NCBI GenBank assembly: GCA_963803145.1
Contig: CAWDLW010000030.1
Span: 1-64,000, forward strand
DNA: 64,000 bases
From: Methanotrichaceae archaeon
GTDB lineage: Archaea; Halobacteriota; Methanosarcinia; Methanotrichales; Methanotrichaceae
Direction: 5' to 3'
Part shown: positions 48,386 through 59,163 of the stretch, piece after piece
Layout: each line of letters opens with the position of its first letter
Position numbering within the stretch: position 1 is the stretch's first letter
Program-made: the position numbers and the translations under genes
Notes under the pieces: model-generated
Database searches by the model: none
The model's input: only the letters and a program-made list of their open reading frames with translations
Told to the model about the DNA's origin: nothing

Positions 48386-49888
48386 CTATCGCCTCCTCGC
48401 TAAGAGCCTCGATATGTGATCGCTTGTGACCATTCCTATAACGCGATTCTCACGATCCACGACAGGCAGTGCAGAGATCCTGTGAGTATCAAGGGTCCTG
48501 GCTGCAAGCTCTATCGGCTCATCCGGTCTCGCGGAATAAACCCTGCGCGTCATTATCTCAGATATTTGCGAGACCGCTCCGTTGGCGACGGCTTTGGATA
48601 TATCCCAGGCAGTTATTATTCCTGCCAGAGTTCCCCTTTCGGAGACTACCGGCAGATGATCGAAGCTTCCTCCCACAATCAGCTTGGCAGCCTCGTTTAT
48701 ATGAATGTCCTCGCGAACTGTAACTACATCGCGACTCATGACATCCTCCACGTTCGGGAACTCCTTTGTCTGCTTCATCGGCTTGCTCGAGCCCACACGC
48801 TGCAGAGGCTCGACTGCCTGAGTAGGGATAAATTCGCCCATCTCTATTGACTTCTTCAGCAGCTCTGCGATCTCCCTGGCCATGTAATAGCTTGAAAGCG
48901 ATGATGTCGGTACCTCTTTGCCGTTCAGCTTTACTGAGCCTGATTTGAGCATCTCGTAATTTACGATGGTGACTGTGGGCCTGTCGCGACGCTGTATTCC
49001 ATAGTCAACTATCGGCACAGGTATATCGCGGTCTCTAACCGCTGTATTCTTCGCAATCCTCTCGTTCAGCACTGGTATCGGAATTCCTATCCCTAAGTAA
49101 AGGCTTGGGCCGTATCTATGAAATGTCGCTCCGCGAAGATACCTGGAGTTCATTTTTTTCAGGTCGCCGGTAACCATTAGAGTCGAAAAGTTGTTCTGAG
49201 GATTGTGCTGTGTACCTGAGCCGATGACAAACCCTTGTGCACCTGCCAGAAATATCCTTGTGCCTACCCCAATGTAATCGAAGTTTGGGTCATTGGAAAT
49301 TGGTGAAAGGATGCCTGCACCGCTGTAATGGATATTTCCGTAGCGCGGGAGAAGGGTGCCCATGTAGGTATGCATCGTCCTATCAGAGGAGTTGGTGGCT
49401 GCATTATATCTTTGATACGCATTTCTGGGGTTGACCATCATTGCCTGGTTGAAGTCCTCCAGTCGCAGGCTCGTCTCAAGCTCGAGCTGTGGATAGCAAT
49501 CGGTCCCTACACCCTCAGCCTCGACATCAATCTGCCTTCCTGCAACAAGGTCCTCTATGACGTGAGCTCCACCATATTCTATGTCGCGATCCTCAGATGG
49601 TTGAGTTGCCCCCAAAAATAGGTCTACTGCTGCCACGCCACCATATGCCTCAACTTTGTTAAGCCAGGCTCTTGAAATTTTTATAGGGGGATCGCTATGG
49701 CCTAAGTTTAGAAAAACGCCAGAGGAGCACATTGCTCCAAAGGTGCCTGTTGTTACGACATCTACCTCGCGCACTGCACCGGCTGTGCCAATTTCGTCTA
49801 CAATGTCGGGCATCTCCTCGGCTGTGACGATGCGGGCGCTGCCATTACGTATGCGCTCGTTGATCTCGGTGAGCGACTTCTCTTGCAC
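48386..49888 (-). CDS. L-aspartate semialdehyde sulfurtransferase (DUF39 + CBS pair)
   Basis: VDVVTTGTFGAMCSSG, YGGAHVIEDL, PRNAYQRY, GTQH, and a C-terminal CBS pair. Confidence 0.92.
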   Translation of the reverse strand: MQEKSLTEINERIRNGSARIVTAEEMPDIVDEIGTAGAVREVDVVTTGTFGAMCSSGVFLNLGHSDPPIKISRAWLNKVEAYGGVAAVDLFLGATQPSEDRDIEYGGAHVIEDLVAGRQIDVEAEGVGTDCYPQLELETSLRLEDFNQAMMVNPRNAYQRYNAATNSSDRTMHTYMGTLLPRYGNIHYSGAGILSPISNDPNFDYIGVGTRIFLAGAQGFVIGSGTQHNPQNNFSTLMVTGDLKKMNSRYLRGATFHRYGPSLYLGIGIPIPVLNERIAKNTAVRDRDIPVPIVDYGIQRRDRPTVTIVNYEMLKSGSVKLNGKEVPTSSLSSYYMAREIAELLKKSIEMGEFIPTQAVEPLQRVGSSKPMKQTKEFPNVEDVMSRDVVTVREDIHINEAAKLIVGGSFDHLPVVSERGTLAGIITAWDISKAVANGAVSQISEIMTRRVYSARPDEPIELAARTLDTHRISALPVVDRENRVIGMVTSDHISRLLARRR

Positions 49889-49977
49889 AAAGGCAATTCT
49901 TTTGGCCGATACGATAAAAAGCTATTGGGGCTCCGGCTCAACAGCATTATCACCAGAGAAGAAAAAGCTCCATCCAA

Positions 49978-51471
49978 ATGCCGGGAAAAAAGATTGTCCT
50001 GACCAGCGATACCACTATGATGAGCAGCTATCATGGCGGGGTGCTTCTGGGCTTTGCTGCCATAATGCCTAAGAAAGTCATGCCCGATTGGATATTTGAG
50101 TGGCTCTTTTGTCCGCCTGTGGACGCTGGCGCTGACGGCAGAGCGGTCTTAGCTCCCTGCGGAATGCGCAAAGTAGAGGCTGCGCTCCTTGAGTCTGGCT
50201 TTGATAGATCGGAGGTCATTGTTGCACATCCTCAGCACCTTGCTAAATCCATCGGCCCTGATACTGAGATCGTTGGCATAACGCATGATGATCCTTTGGG
50301 GAAGATCGCAGTTCGAGAGATAGAGGAGATGATAGGGCGCGGAGAGCCCCATAATAGATCCAAATTTCTCTCGCTTATCAACAACCCCATCATAAAGGAA
50401 CATAGGCCAAAGATTGTCGTAGGAGGGAACGGCGCCTGGGAGCTGATTGGGGAAAATGTTGGCGTAGATCACATCTATCTAGGTGAGGGGGAGGCAGATT
50501 TTCCTGATATATGCAGGCGCATAATAAAGGGGGAGGATGTGCCGAGGGTAATACATGGAAGCGTTGTCCCAGGCGAGATGATTCCTGTAAATCGCGGAGC
50601 AACGATCGCAGGCATCGTAGAAATCGGCAGGGGATGCTGGCGTGGCTGCTCCTTCTGCTCTCCTACTATGCGAACCTTGAGACATAGGCCGCTCGAGAGA
50701 ATATTGGAAGACGTAAAGGTAAACCTACAAAGCGGCCAGAGAGATGTGCTTCTACATTCCGAGGATGTCTTTACCTACGGCTCGAAGGGCATGGTCCCGG
50801 ATAAGGAAAAGGTAAAAAGGCTTGTAACCACAGTAAAGCGGCTCGGCCCGCGTACCATCGATGTGTCTCATCTCAGCCTGGCTACAGTTCACCAGAGCCA
50901 GGATCTTCTTAGGGATGTCTCTGAGATTGTGGGCATAGGCGCGGATCAAAGATATATGTCGGCCTGGATAGGAATTGAGACAGGAAGCTGCAGAATACTT
51001 GAGATGCATATGCCTCGCAAGGCCCTTCCCTCTGAGACCGCTATGTGGCCCGAGATCGTAAGAGACTGCTACAGCCTATTTAGCGAGGAGTCGTGGCTGC
51101 CTATAGCAAGTTTAGTTTTAGGTTTGCCGGGAGAGGAAGCTCAGGATGTCGTGAAGACAATAGAGCTTGTAGAATCGCTTAAGGATTACACCGGTCTGAT
51201 GCTGCCCCTCTTTTTCACGCCTATGTCGGAAACGAAACTCGGAGGAATAAGAGGCTTCGGACGAGATCGTGCGCTGCCGGAACACTGGGAGCTTATTGGC
51301 CTATGTCTGGAGTACAATCTTAGACACCTCAAGAGTCTGCACAGCTTCTATAGCGAGCGTATGACTGCAGGGCCTGTTATTCATGCCGCTCTTAAGTGCA
51401 TAAATATGATCGCAGATCTGGCGATGAACAAGTACATGAACAGAATGAAGCGAGGAGAGCCGCCGAACTGA
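49978..51471 (+). CDS. radical SAM protein (B12-binding-domain-like N-terminus)
   Basis: VEIGRGCWRGCSFC, IGIETGS, LGLPGE. Confidence 0.88.
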   Translation: MPGKKIVLTSDTTMMSSYHGGVLLGFAAIMPKKVMPDWIFEWLFCPPVDAGADGRAVLAPCGMRKVEAALLESGFDRSEVIVAHPQHLAKSIGPDTEIVGITHDDPLGKIAVREIEEMIGRGEPHNRSKFLSLINNPIIKEHRPKIVVGGNGAWELIGENVGVDHIYLGEGEADFPDICRRIIKGEDVPRVIHGSVVPGEMIPVNRGATIAGIVEIGRGCWRGCSFCSPTMRTLRHRPLERILEDVKVNLQSGQRDVLLHSEDVFTYGSKGMVPDKEKVKRLVTTVKRLGPRTIDVSHLSLATVHQSQDLLRDVSEIVGIGADQRYMSAWIGIETGSCRILEMHMPRKALPSETAMWPEIVRDCYSLFSEESWLPIASLVLGLPGEEAQDVVKTIELVESLKDYTGLMLPLFFTPMSETKLGGIRGFGRDRALPEHWELIGLCLEYNLRHLKSLHSFYSERMTAGPVIHAALKCINMIADLAMNKYMNRMKRGEPPN

Positions 51472-51537
51472 TGTTTGTATTAATATCGGCGACCAGTACC
51501 AATAGTGCTATTGATAATTTTGAGAAATTCAACAATG

Positions 51538-51840
51538 CTAATAGCTTTCCAGGACAGACCTCACTGCACCCTTATGATCGCTTTTTAGAGAATATACATT
51601 ATGGTCTCCCGAGACATCTATGCTCAGGATTCCCAGGCGGGTATTCATAAGCCCCACCATCGCAGATACACCGCGATAGCTCACATCAAAGCCTTCCTTC
51701 TCCAGGTAGGCAAAAACATCCTCGGTTGTATAAGACCCATCGCTCAAAAATAGCTTCAAAACGGCCTTTCTAATGCCTATGCCATCCCGTTTTAGGTAAT
51801 TCCTGAGCCTTTCCTGGATTCGATCTTCAGCACTCTCCAT
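51538..51840 (-). CDS. DUF2551-like wHTH protein
   Basis: RLRNYLKRD..GIRK.VL...SYRGVSAMVGLMNTRLGIL. Confidence 0.75.
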   Translation of the reverse strand: MESAEDRIQERLRNYLKRDGIGIRKAVLKLFLSDGSYTTEDVFAYLEKEGFDVSYRGVSAMVGLMNTRLGILSIDVSGDHNVYSLKSDHKGAVRSVLESY

Positions 51841-51878
51841 CCGGCAAAATCACCGCCTCTCAGCAATGAATCTAAGGA

Positions 51879-52922
51879 TTATAAAGGTATTCTCTCTACA
51901 ACAAGCCCGTCCTCTAAGGGATATCGCTCGATTAATGAAACAATGCAGCCTATGCTTTTTAACTTTTTCGAAATATCTTCCAGAATTGGTGCTGAGATAT
52001 CTATCTCGTCTCCTTTTAGAGAATACATTTCCTCTGGCACTTCAAGTGCCAATAGAACCTCAAGAGCATTTTCTATATTTCCACATATTGTGCCATGGAT
52101 AAGAGTTCCATCAACAGTTGGAATATCAAAGGGACGCGCAACACGTTCACAGCGCCTCTTGAACCTTTCCCTAAGTTGTACCGCATCCTTGAACCTCGAT
52201 GGGCAGTAATGCATTTTCACTCCATCGGGCATAAAGTGCTCTCTAGCTATTCTCTCACTGCCTATAGCCCCGCTGTGAAGTTCTTCAGGCCTAAAGCCAA
52301 GTGATTTCAGCTCTTCAGCGTTCGTGTCCGAAAATTCGAGCTCATTGATGTTCATAAATGCATCCGCGTCTCTTACGGCCTTTATTATCTCAGGTGCTGG
52401 CGCGATCGCTGGAATCTCTACACCAGCCTCAAGGCCCAGAGATTTCGCCTCTGCGAGCGCCACCTTTAGGCCTAACGGGTTCTGCCATTCCGGATATGGC
52501 GGATGAAATCTTATCTCATCAAGTCCCGCTTCCTTCAGCTTTATCAGGACATCTCTTCCAGGCATTAGGCCGGTGTAGAGATGGATATGATGCTCAGGCC
52601 CAAATGTGCGTTTTAAGGCCCTTATGTACTCCAGGACCAAGTCTAGCTTGAGCAGAGGCTCGCCACCCGTGATTCCTGTCCCCAGAGCGCCGATAGCCTT
52701 TGCCTCCTTGATAATATCCTCTATATCTTCCACAAGCTGCTCGTCTGCAAATACGACATCTCTCCCTTTTCGCTCCTCTGACAGCGGGCAGTAGAAGCAG
52801 CTCCGCCCGCACTTTCCTGTTACGAAGAGCACAAGTCCCGCCCCAATCCTGCAGATCTCACAGCCCTTTGGCAGATAATTGTAAAATGATCCTATAGAAT
52901 CCTCAGACCAGGCCATTCTCAT
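51879..52922 (-). CDS. archaeal radical SAM protein
   Basis: LPKGC..C..GA.LVLFVTG.CGRSCFYCPLS, ITGGEP, LDEIRFHP. Confidence 0.9.
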   Translation of the reverse strand: MRMAWSEDSIGSFYNYLPKGCEICRIGAGLVLFVTGKCGRSCFYCPLSEERKGRDVVFADEQLVEDIEDIIKEAKAIGALGTGITGGEPLLKLDLVLEYIRALKRTFGPEHHIHLYTGLMPGRDVLIKLKEAGLDEIRFHPPYPEWQNPLGLKVALAEAKSLGLEAGVEIPAIAPAPEIIKAVRDADAFMNINELEFSDTNAEELKSLGFRPEELHSGAIGSERIAREHFMPDGVKMHYCPSRFKDAVQLRERFKRRCERVARPFDIPTVDGTLIHGTICGNIENALEVLLALEVPEEMYSLKGDEIDISAPILEDISKKLKSIGCIVSLIERYPLEDGLVVERIPL

Positions 52923-53033
52923 TTAGTACATCGCCCAAGCGGATCAATTTTTCCTTTTTGATCTCAGGTGGTCTCCCGAATTTAAGTATAGCGCGGCCAA
53001 AACATAAATAGTTTAATTGTAAACAATAGTATT

Positions 53034-53261
53034 ATGTCTACTGTTGTTTACAGTATCCGTCTTGAAGATTCTACCCGACGGATGATGGACGAAATGGCTG
53101 ATGTCAACTGGCAGTCTGAGATCAGGGCGATGGTTGAGGATTTGGTAAAGGCGAAGAAGAAGCAGCGGTTTTTAGCAGAGGCCCGTAAGTTAAGGCTGAG
53201 GATGAAACCTATCGGAGTGAGCGCAGCAGAAATGATTCGAGAGGATAGAGATGCCAGATAG
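53034..53261 (+). CDS. VapB-type antitoxin
   Basis: VYSIRL...VNWQSEIR...SAAEMIREDRDAR; overlaps the PIN gene. Confidence 0.85.
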   Translation: MSTVVYSIRLEDSTRRMMDEMADVNWQSEIRAMVEDLVKAKKKQRFLAEARKLRLRMKPIGVSAAEMIREDRDAR

Positions 53262-53664
53262 TGTGATCTTGGATTCATCAGTTATTGCAGCTATATTTCT
53301 TTTTAGCGATGACGAGGACAATGCGGCTGAAAATGCCATCACAAACAAGCGCTTGATAACCTTGGACTTATCCATGGCAGAAGTAGGAAACGTGGCCTGG
53401 AAACGTGTCATTCATTTTCAGGAAGATAAAGAGATGATGCAAACAGCCCTTCGGAATTGTCTGGGCTTCATCTCAGAAGCATGTGTGGTCGTCAAAGCAC
53501 TTGATCTGGCAAATGAGGCATATAATATTGCAGTGGAGGACAAGATCGCTTTCTATGATTCGCTTTTCTTAGCAGCTGCTGAGAGGGAGCAAGTGCCTCT
53601 TCTGACCATGGACAAGAAGCTGTATGAAAAGTCGAAAGGAGATAGAAACGTCCGGTTAGTGTAA
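53251..53664 (+). CDS. vapC: VapC/PIN-domain toxin
   Basis: ILDSSV, AEVGNV.WK, FYDSLFL, LLTMD. Confidence 0.9.
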   Translation: MPDSVILDSSVIAAIFLFSDDEDNAAENAITNKRLITLDLSMAEVGNVAWKRVIHFQEDKEMMQTALRNCLGFISEACVVVKALDLANEAYNIAVEDKIAFYDSLFLAAAEREQVPLLTMDKKLYEKSKGDRNVRLV

Positions 53665-53761
53665 AACGCTTTTTTGATTGTGGCTCGGGGTATGCCATCA
53701 GGCATTACCTGAGCAGGGATTCGCACTTCCTGGGCTATTAGTAATGAGAGCCGATTTATAT

Positions 53762-53968
53762 TCTTGCACCTAAGGAAGGCTTGAGGATCTCGATATTGCA
53801 GCGAAGATAATTGGGGATAGGAAGATCAAGGCGTGAACTTTGATTATACCCACATCGCGCCGGGTGCTGCTCGATGCGCTTAAGGCGGGCATAATTGAGA
53901 CCTTGGTTAAAGCCGGTGCCATTTTGCGCCGCCTGGATGCGGATCTTGCCTTGGGGCACATATGGGCG
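53762..53968 (+). pseudogene. internal fragment of an isopropylmalate/homoaconitase large subunit (LeuC/HacA family)
   Basis: SCT*GRLEDLDIAAKII...IIPTSRRVLLDALKAGIIETLVKAGAI, then a frameshift to PPGCGSCLGAHMG; two in-frame stops. Confidence 0.85.
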
Positions 53969-54055
53969 CTGATACTCCGGAATCCTGAACCACCGATTTT
54001 TGAATATATTCAAGACTGACAATTTTTCGCTCTTAATTTCTCCGCTGGATGGCAT
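53958..54055 (-). pseudogene. 5' stub of a DUF262 (GmrSD-type) gene
   Basis: MPSSGEIKSEKLSVLNIFKNRWFRIPEYQRPY with a GGGAGG RBS; homology ends at the leuC-like fragment. Confidence 0.75.
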
Positions 54056-54754
54056 TTATCATTCCTCCCGAATGCAGGATAAGCTATCTATCAGTATTAA
54101 GTCATTCTATAGGGTACCAAGAGTGCAGGGTTCTCATTCCCTGAAGTAATCCATAAATTACTTATGGCACCGATGGCTGATGCTGCCCTAGGTGTCCTAC
54201 CCCGAAAAGCATTCGATTACAATAGCTTATGGCCACTTTCATTCTTAGTAGGCGATTCAACTTCTATCTGAGAGTAATAGCATTTTGCAGTTAAAAGTTC
54301 ATCGTTTGCTTATAATACAGCTGGATATCCTTTTTTTATGCTGGAACCGTTCATCTTATCCCCTTCAACCTTATAGTCTGCGCTTCCAAAACCTTCCCCC
54401 ATAGAGGGGCCAGGGGCAGCCCGCGCGGCGACTGAGCGCGCTAGTATAACCATTAGTTTTAGCGCCAGAAGAAAGTGTAGGCTTTATTTTGATTGACCCA
54501 AATGCAAAGTCAAAGCAGTTCTGGAATGTATGCTCTTGGGTTGCAATCTCTCTTGAAGAACGCCCTAGAATGGATTATTGATCAACTAGCCAGCACGGAA
54601 AATAGTAAACTGGCATCAAATGCTGTAAATTTCCATTTCGGCGAACGTTTTTAGGAAATTGGCCATATTAAAGGATTGCATATTCGCCATACGCTCTTAC
54701 CTCCTACATTGCCCTTAAAATAGTAAAACCAACATTGTTCATTATATCAGGGAG

Positions 54755-55642
54755 ATGAACATGAATCTACCGGAGAAAGACGTGGATCGCTTTTTCAGAC
54801 TCTTTCACGGTCTTTTATTATATATCAATAAAAAATTCAAGATTATAAAATCTCTGAAAAAGCCCGATGATATTTTCGGAGCGCCCATAAATGATGTATT
54901 GGAACTCAAAGAGAAGCTATACTCCGATCCGGCGATGATAGATACTTTTGCAGAAGAAAATCCAATGGGTTTTCCATCCGAGGACCTGGACGTTATTCGC
55001 AGCTGGAAGAATTTTGTTAGAGGCAACTTCATAATCATGAGCTACAAGAAGAATTATACAATTTTTCTAGAGCTAACTGATCCCCCAAAGGCTTACGGCT
55101 TATTGGGCCTGCGTTCTTCTTTTCAGGAGATGTTGGGGCAATATCTGCCCATATCAGTTGAACTGACGATGCTGCCGTATGAGGATAAAATTACATATGA
55201 CGGAACCCTTCTCTCCAATAGAGTAATTTTTGGCCCCAATATGCGAAGAGATTTCCGCATCCATCTTAATCAGGCCAAAGGGCTGTATGGGATAATAACT
55301 CGGCTTCCTTTCGAGCCAGAAAAATCTGAACCTACCGATCTTGAAAAGCTGGAAATATACTTAAAAACCAAAGACAGCAGAGATGCATACTTTTCCGAAA
55401 TTCAGGATCTGATAAGTAAAGATCCCGAACTGAAGATATACTATTCACAAACTATGGGCAAGGTTGAATCTCAGACCTTGAAAAGAAAACTTAAGAGCGC
55501 TGGCGTGAAGAGAGGCTGGTTTGCCTTACTTGATAACATGATCATAGCAGGCGGAAGATCAAAAGGCGAAATCGAAAGCGCTCTGAACGAGATGCTGGAT
55601 GATGATAAGAGAAAGCATGTGTATTTATTCAATTTGAAATGA
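54755..55642 (+). CDS. hypothetical protein
   Basis: 295-aa ORF with a GGGAG RBS and lower GC than core genes. Confidence 0.75.
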   Translation: MNMNLPEKDVDRFFRLFHGLLLYINKKFKIIKSLKKPDDIFGAPINDVLELKEKLYSDPAMIDTFAEENPMGFPSEDLDVIRSWKNFVRGNFIIMSYKKNYTIFLELTDPPKAYGLLGLRSSFQEMLGQYLPISVELTMLPYEDKITYDGTLLSNRVIFGPNMRRDFRIHLNQAKGLYGIITRLPFEPEKSEPTDLEKLEIYLKTKDSRDAYFSEIQDLISKDPELKIYYSQTMGKVESQTLKRKLKSAGVKRGWFALLDNMIIAGGRSKGEIESALNEMLDDDKRKHVYLFNLK

Positions 55643-55789
55643 ATCCATATACTCGCCTAAGTGCATTTTGAATCATGAAGGGTTTATCGTCTCAGCAACA
55701 GTTCCAATCATCAAAACGGTTATCAGATAGAAGCGGCGATATCCTCGCAGAATAGAATATCAGATAAAAATATATTAGGATGGCTATCT

Positions 55790-57592
55790 GTGAGAGAATA
55801 TCTCCTGGGAAACACGGCTATTGCAAAGGGCATTCTCGAGGCGGGAGCAGGGCTTGTGGCCGGCTACCCTGGAACCCCCTCCTCAGAGATCATTGAGAGC
55901 ATTGTCGGACTCAAGGGCAATCTGCCGATGCATGTGGAATGGTCTGTGAATGAGAAGGTCGCCCTTGAGGTGGCAATTGGAGCCTCATGGAGCGGCACAA
56001 GGTCTGTGGCAACTATGAAGCATGTAGGCCTGAATGTAGCAGCAGATCCCTTCATGACATTGGCATACCTCGGCGTCGGGGCCGGGTTAGTTATAGTATC
56101 TGCAGATGATCCGTATTGCCACTCATCCCAGAATGAGCAGGACTCAAGGCGATACGCGAGCTTCGCATCCATACCGTGCCTCGATCCGAGCGATCCTCAG
56201 GAGGCAAAGGATATGACGGTCTTCGGTTTTGATCTATCGGAGAGGTTCAATGTCCCAGTGATGCTCCGGCCAACGACGCGCGTCTCTCATGCTAGGGCTG
56301 ATGTTGAGATCGCTGAGCGTAAAGTTGAGCGTAATCAACCTGGCAGCAACGCACATTTTATCAAGGACCCATCACGGCGTGTTGCACTGCCGGTCCACGC
56401 CAGACCTCTTCATACTGAGCTACTAACGAAACAGCCGGAGATTGAGAAGGCCCTTCATGATGCGCCCTGGAATAGGCTTGCCTTAAAGGGTGATCATGGA
56501 ATCATCGCCTCAGGCATAGCCGCGCTATATGCTGAGGAGGCGATACAAGACCTTGATCTGGACATGTCATTCCTGAAGATCGGAACGTTCCCTGTGCCAT
56601 CTGCTATGATTGAAAAGCTGCTGAAGAATGTCAGCAAGGTCATGGTGGTCGAGGAGCTTGAGCCTGTTTTGGAAGAGCAGGTGGAAAGGATCGCGAGGAA
56701 AGTCAATCCCAATGTTGAGATTTTGGGGAAGGATGGCCATATTCCGAGAGTTGGCGAACTTGATTTACTACCTGTCAGAAATGCCATAGCAAGGATGGAA
56801 GGTAAGGCTCCACGGCCGGACGTGAGGATTGATGCAGTGAAGATAATTCCACCGAGGCCGCCTGCGCTGTGTCCCGGATGCAGCCATCGAGCGACCTACT
56901 ACGCAATGCGCAAGGCATTCGGCAAGAATGCGATTTATCCCAGCGACATCGGCTGCTATACAATGGCTGTCAACATGGGAACTGTGGATACCTGCCTCTG
57001 TATGGGAGCAAGCATTACTTTGGCAAGCGGCATAAGGTTCGGAGGCGTTACAAATGATATCTGCTGTAGCATTGGAGACTCTACATTCTTGCATGGAGGG
57101 CTTACCGGCCTGCTGAATGCCGCATACAATAATGCAAAAATAACCGTAACTGTTCTGGACAACTCAACCACAGCCATGACAGGCCATCAGCCTCATCCGG
57201 GCACAGGAGTTACGGCTGAAGGAGTGCGAACAAACCAGGTATCGATTGAGGCGGTAGCAAAGGCTCTGGGAGCCGGCCTCGTGGAGGTTATCGATCCATA
57301 CGATACAGGAAAAGCAATAGAAGCATTCCGCAGGGCGAAGGAGTATCCAGGGCTCTCAGTCGTTGTTGCAAGGCAGGCATGCGTTATAAATGCACGAAGA
57401 TCCGGGGCCAAACGAAAAGTTTTCGCTGTGGGCCAGGACTGCGCGGGCTGCAAAATCTGCGTCGAATTCGGCTGTCCGGCTATAGAGTTCGATGCTGAGT
57501 TGGAGAAGGCAACGATTACATCCCCATGCACGGGCTGTGGCGTCTGCGCACAGATATGCCCGAGCTCCGCCATAGAGGAGGTGTTGGGATGA
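55790..57592 (+). CDS. iorA: indolepyruvate:ferredoxin oxidoreductase alpha subunit
   Basis: GYPGTPSSEI, NEKVALE, MKHVGLNVAAD, SSQNEQD, CPGCSHR, DIGCY, GDSTFLHGG, TAMTGHQP, and a C-terminal ferredoxin. Confidence 0.96.
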   Translation: MREYLLGNTAIAKGILEAGAGLVAGYPGTPSSEIIESIVGLKGNLPMHVEWSVNEKVALEVAIGASWSGTRSVATMKHVGLNVAADPFMTLAYLGVGAGLVIVSADDPYCHSSQNEQDSRRYASFASIPCLDPSDPQEAKDMTVFGFDLSERFNVPVMLRPTTRVSHARADVEIAERKVERNQPGSNAHFIKDPSRRVALPVHARPLHTELLTKQPEIEKALHDAPWNRLALKGDHGIIASGIAALYAEEAIQDLDLDMSFLKIGTFPVPSAMIEKLLKNVSKVMVVEELEPVLEEQVERIARKVNPNVEILGKDGHIPRVGELDLLPVRNAIARMEGKAPRPDVRIDAVKIIPPRPPALCPGCSHRATYYAMRKAFGKNAIYPSDIGCYTMAVNMGTVDTCLCMGASITLASGIRFGGVTNDICCSIGDSTFLHGGLTGLLNAAYNNAKITVTVLDNSTTAMTGHQPHPGTGVTAEGVRTNQVSIEAVAKALGAGLVEVIDPYDTGKAIEAFRRAKEYPGLSVVVARQACVINARRSGAKRKVFAVGQDCAGCKICVEFGCPAIEFDAELEKATITSPCTGCGVCAQICPSSAIEEVLG

Positions 57593-58176
57593 GAACATCA
57601 GAATGCGACATAGTGATAGTAGGTGTGGGAGGCCAGGGAGTCATACTTATCTCAGATGTCCTAGGGCGGGCAGCGGTCATTGCCGGCAAGGCAGTTCGCG
57701 GAGCAGAGACTCACGGCATGGCGCAGCGTGGAGGCAGCGTCATAAATCACACACGTATAGGCTGCAAATTCAGCCCAATGATCTCCTCAGGAAGTGCTGA
57801 TGTACTCCTCGCGCTCGAACCTGCAGAGGCACTGCGTTTCGCTCATTACCTCTCCCCCGACGGCATCGCACTTGTGAACACTAGGCCAGTGCTGCCAATA
57901 ACTGTAACCACGGGCAAGGCAAGCTACCCGCCAGTGGATGAGATCCTGAAGCAGCTTCATGGCATCTGCAAAGAGATGAAGTCAATGGATGCGACATCTC
58001 TTGCGGCGACTGCAGGAACGCCGCAGGCGATGAATGTCGTCATGCTGGGCGCTCTCTCGAAGTACATCCCTCTGGCAGAAGAGCTGCTTATTGATGCGCT
58101 TTGCGATGTAGTGCCAGCAAAGTATCTGGATATCAATAAACATGCCTTCAGGCTTGGAAAAGCTGAAGTAGAATAG
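57589..58176 (+). CDS. iorB: indolepyruvate:ferredoxin oxidoreductase beta subunit
   Basis: GVGGQG, ETHGMAQRGGSV; ATGA overlap with iorA. Confidence 0.95.
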   Translation: MRTSECDIVIVGVGGQGVILISDVLGRAAVIAGKAVRGAETHGMAQRGGSVINHTRIGCKFSPMISSGSADVLLALEPAEALRFAHYLSPDGIALVNTRPVLPITVTTGKASYPPVDEILKQLHGICKEMKSMDATSLAATAGTPQAMNVVMLGALSKYIPLAEELLIDALCDVVPAKYLDINKHAFRLGKAEVE

Positions 58177-58194
58177 GCATCTACTAGTAAAATC

Positions 58195-58869
58195 ATGGAA
58201 GAAGAAAAGAAGTTGGAAGAGCAGAAGGAAGAAGATAAGGAAGCAGAAGGGGAGAAGCCTGTAGTAACACGGTCGATGATGGAAGAGGCATCGTGCGCCA
58301 CATGCGGAGCTGAAGAGGAAACGGCGATGCCTGCAAACCTGCCAGATCCCAACTGGCCTACTGAAAAGCTTGTAGAGGCCCTAAAGGATAAGCATATGCT
58401 CGTTCGGTCGAATGCTGTCATGCTTCTATCGAAGAGGCCGCTTCAGGAGTCAACCGAGCCATTGGTAGAGGCTCTAAAGGACAAGGATTATCTTGTCAAG
58501 AGCAACGCGATGATTGCACTATCATCCTTCGGCCGCCAGATTTTCGATAGAATGCTTGCAGCCTTGAGCGATCCAGATCCCGACGTGCGCGCTGGTGCCG
58601 CGTGGATTTTAGGAGAGCTAAAGGATCAGAGAGCGATAGATGCCCTACAGAAAGTTGCAAATGATGATTATCCGCTTGCACGGATACAGGCAAAGGCATC
58701 GCTGATGTCTATGGGGGTAATAAAGCCCAAGAAGGTCGAGAAGAAGGCTGAACCCGCCGAGAAGCCTGAAGAGACAAACGAGATGCCTGAAACGACAAGT
58801 GAGAAGGCTGAAGGAACAAGCGAGAAGGTTGAAGAAACAGGCGAGAAAGCTGAAGAGAAAAAAGATTGA
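58195..58869 (+). CDS. HEAT-repeat protein with charged tails
   Basis: Repeated LVEALKD....V.SNA and VRAGAAWILGEL units; Glu/Lys-rich ends. Confidence 0.85.
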   Translation: MEEEKKLEEQKEEDKEAEGEKPVVTRSMMEEASCATCGAEEETAMPANLPDPNWPTEKLVEALKDKHMLVRSNAVMLLSKRPLQESTEPLVEALKDKDYLVKSNAMIALSSFGRQIFDRMLAALSDPDPDVRAGAAWILGELKDQRAIDALQKVANDDYPLARIQAKASLMSMGVIKPKKVEKKAEPAEKPEETNEMPETTSEKAEGTSEKVEETGEKAEEKKD

Positions 58870-59163
58870 GCAAGCGTCCCCTTCTGAGCTCAAGTTCCAG
58901 AAGGGATTCTTTGTTTTAAATTCGCTATTTTAATAGTACGTATGATTATCGGTAGGCACTTATTATTATCAACACTAGGATCTATGATCTTTTGAACATT
59001 TGGTTTATCCATAAATACTGTATCATGATTCCATCGAATATCAATTGAGATCAGAAGTTATCTGTATCGCATTACTAGGAATCTGCAGTAAAATAAGCTC
59101 TGATCTCGGTATACCTAATAAAATATATCAATATAAAGATACACTAAAGTATTACGGAGTATA

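Noticed and set aside
53756-54055. 99-aa ORF as a real gene
   Set aside because: It is a chimera of a DUF262 stub and the antisense of a leuC/hacA fragment.
54385-54445. GC-rich palindromic patch in an AT-rich gap
   Set aside because: It could be an IS-end remnant, but there is no partner end or recognisable family signature.
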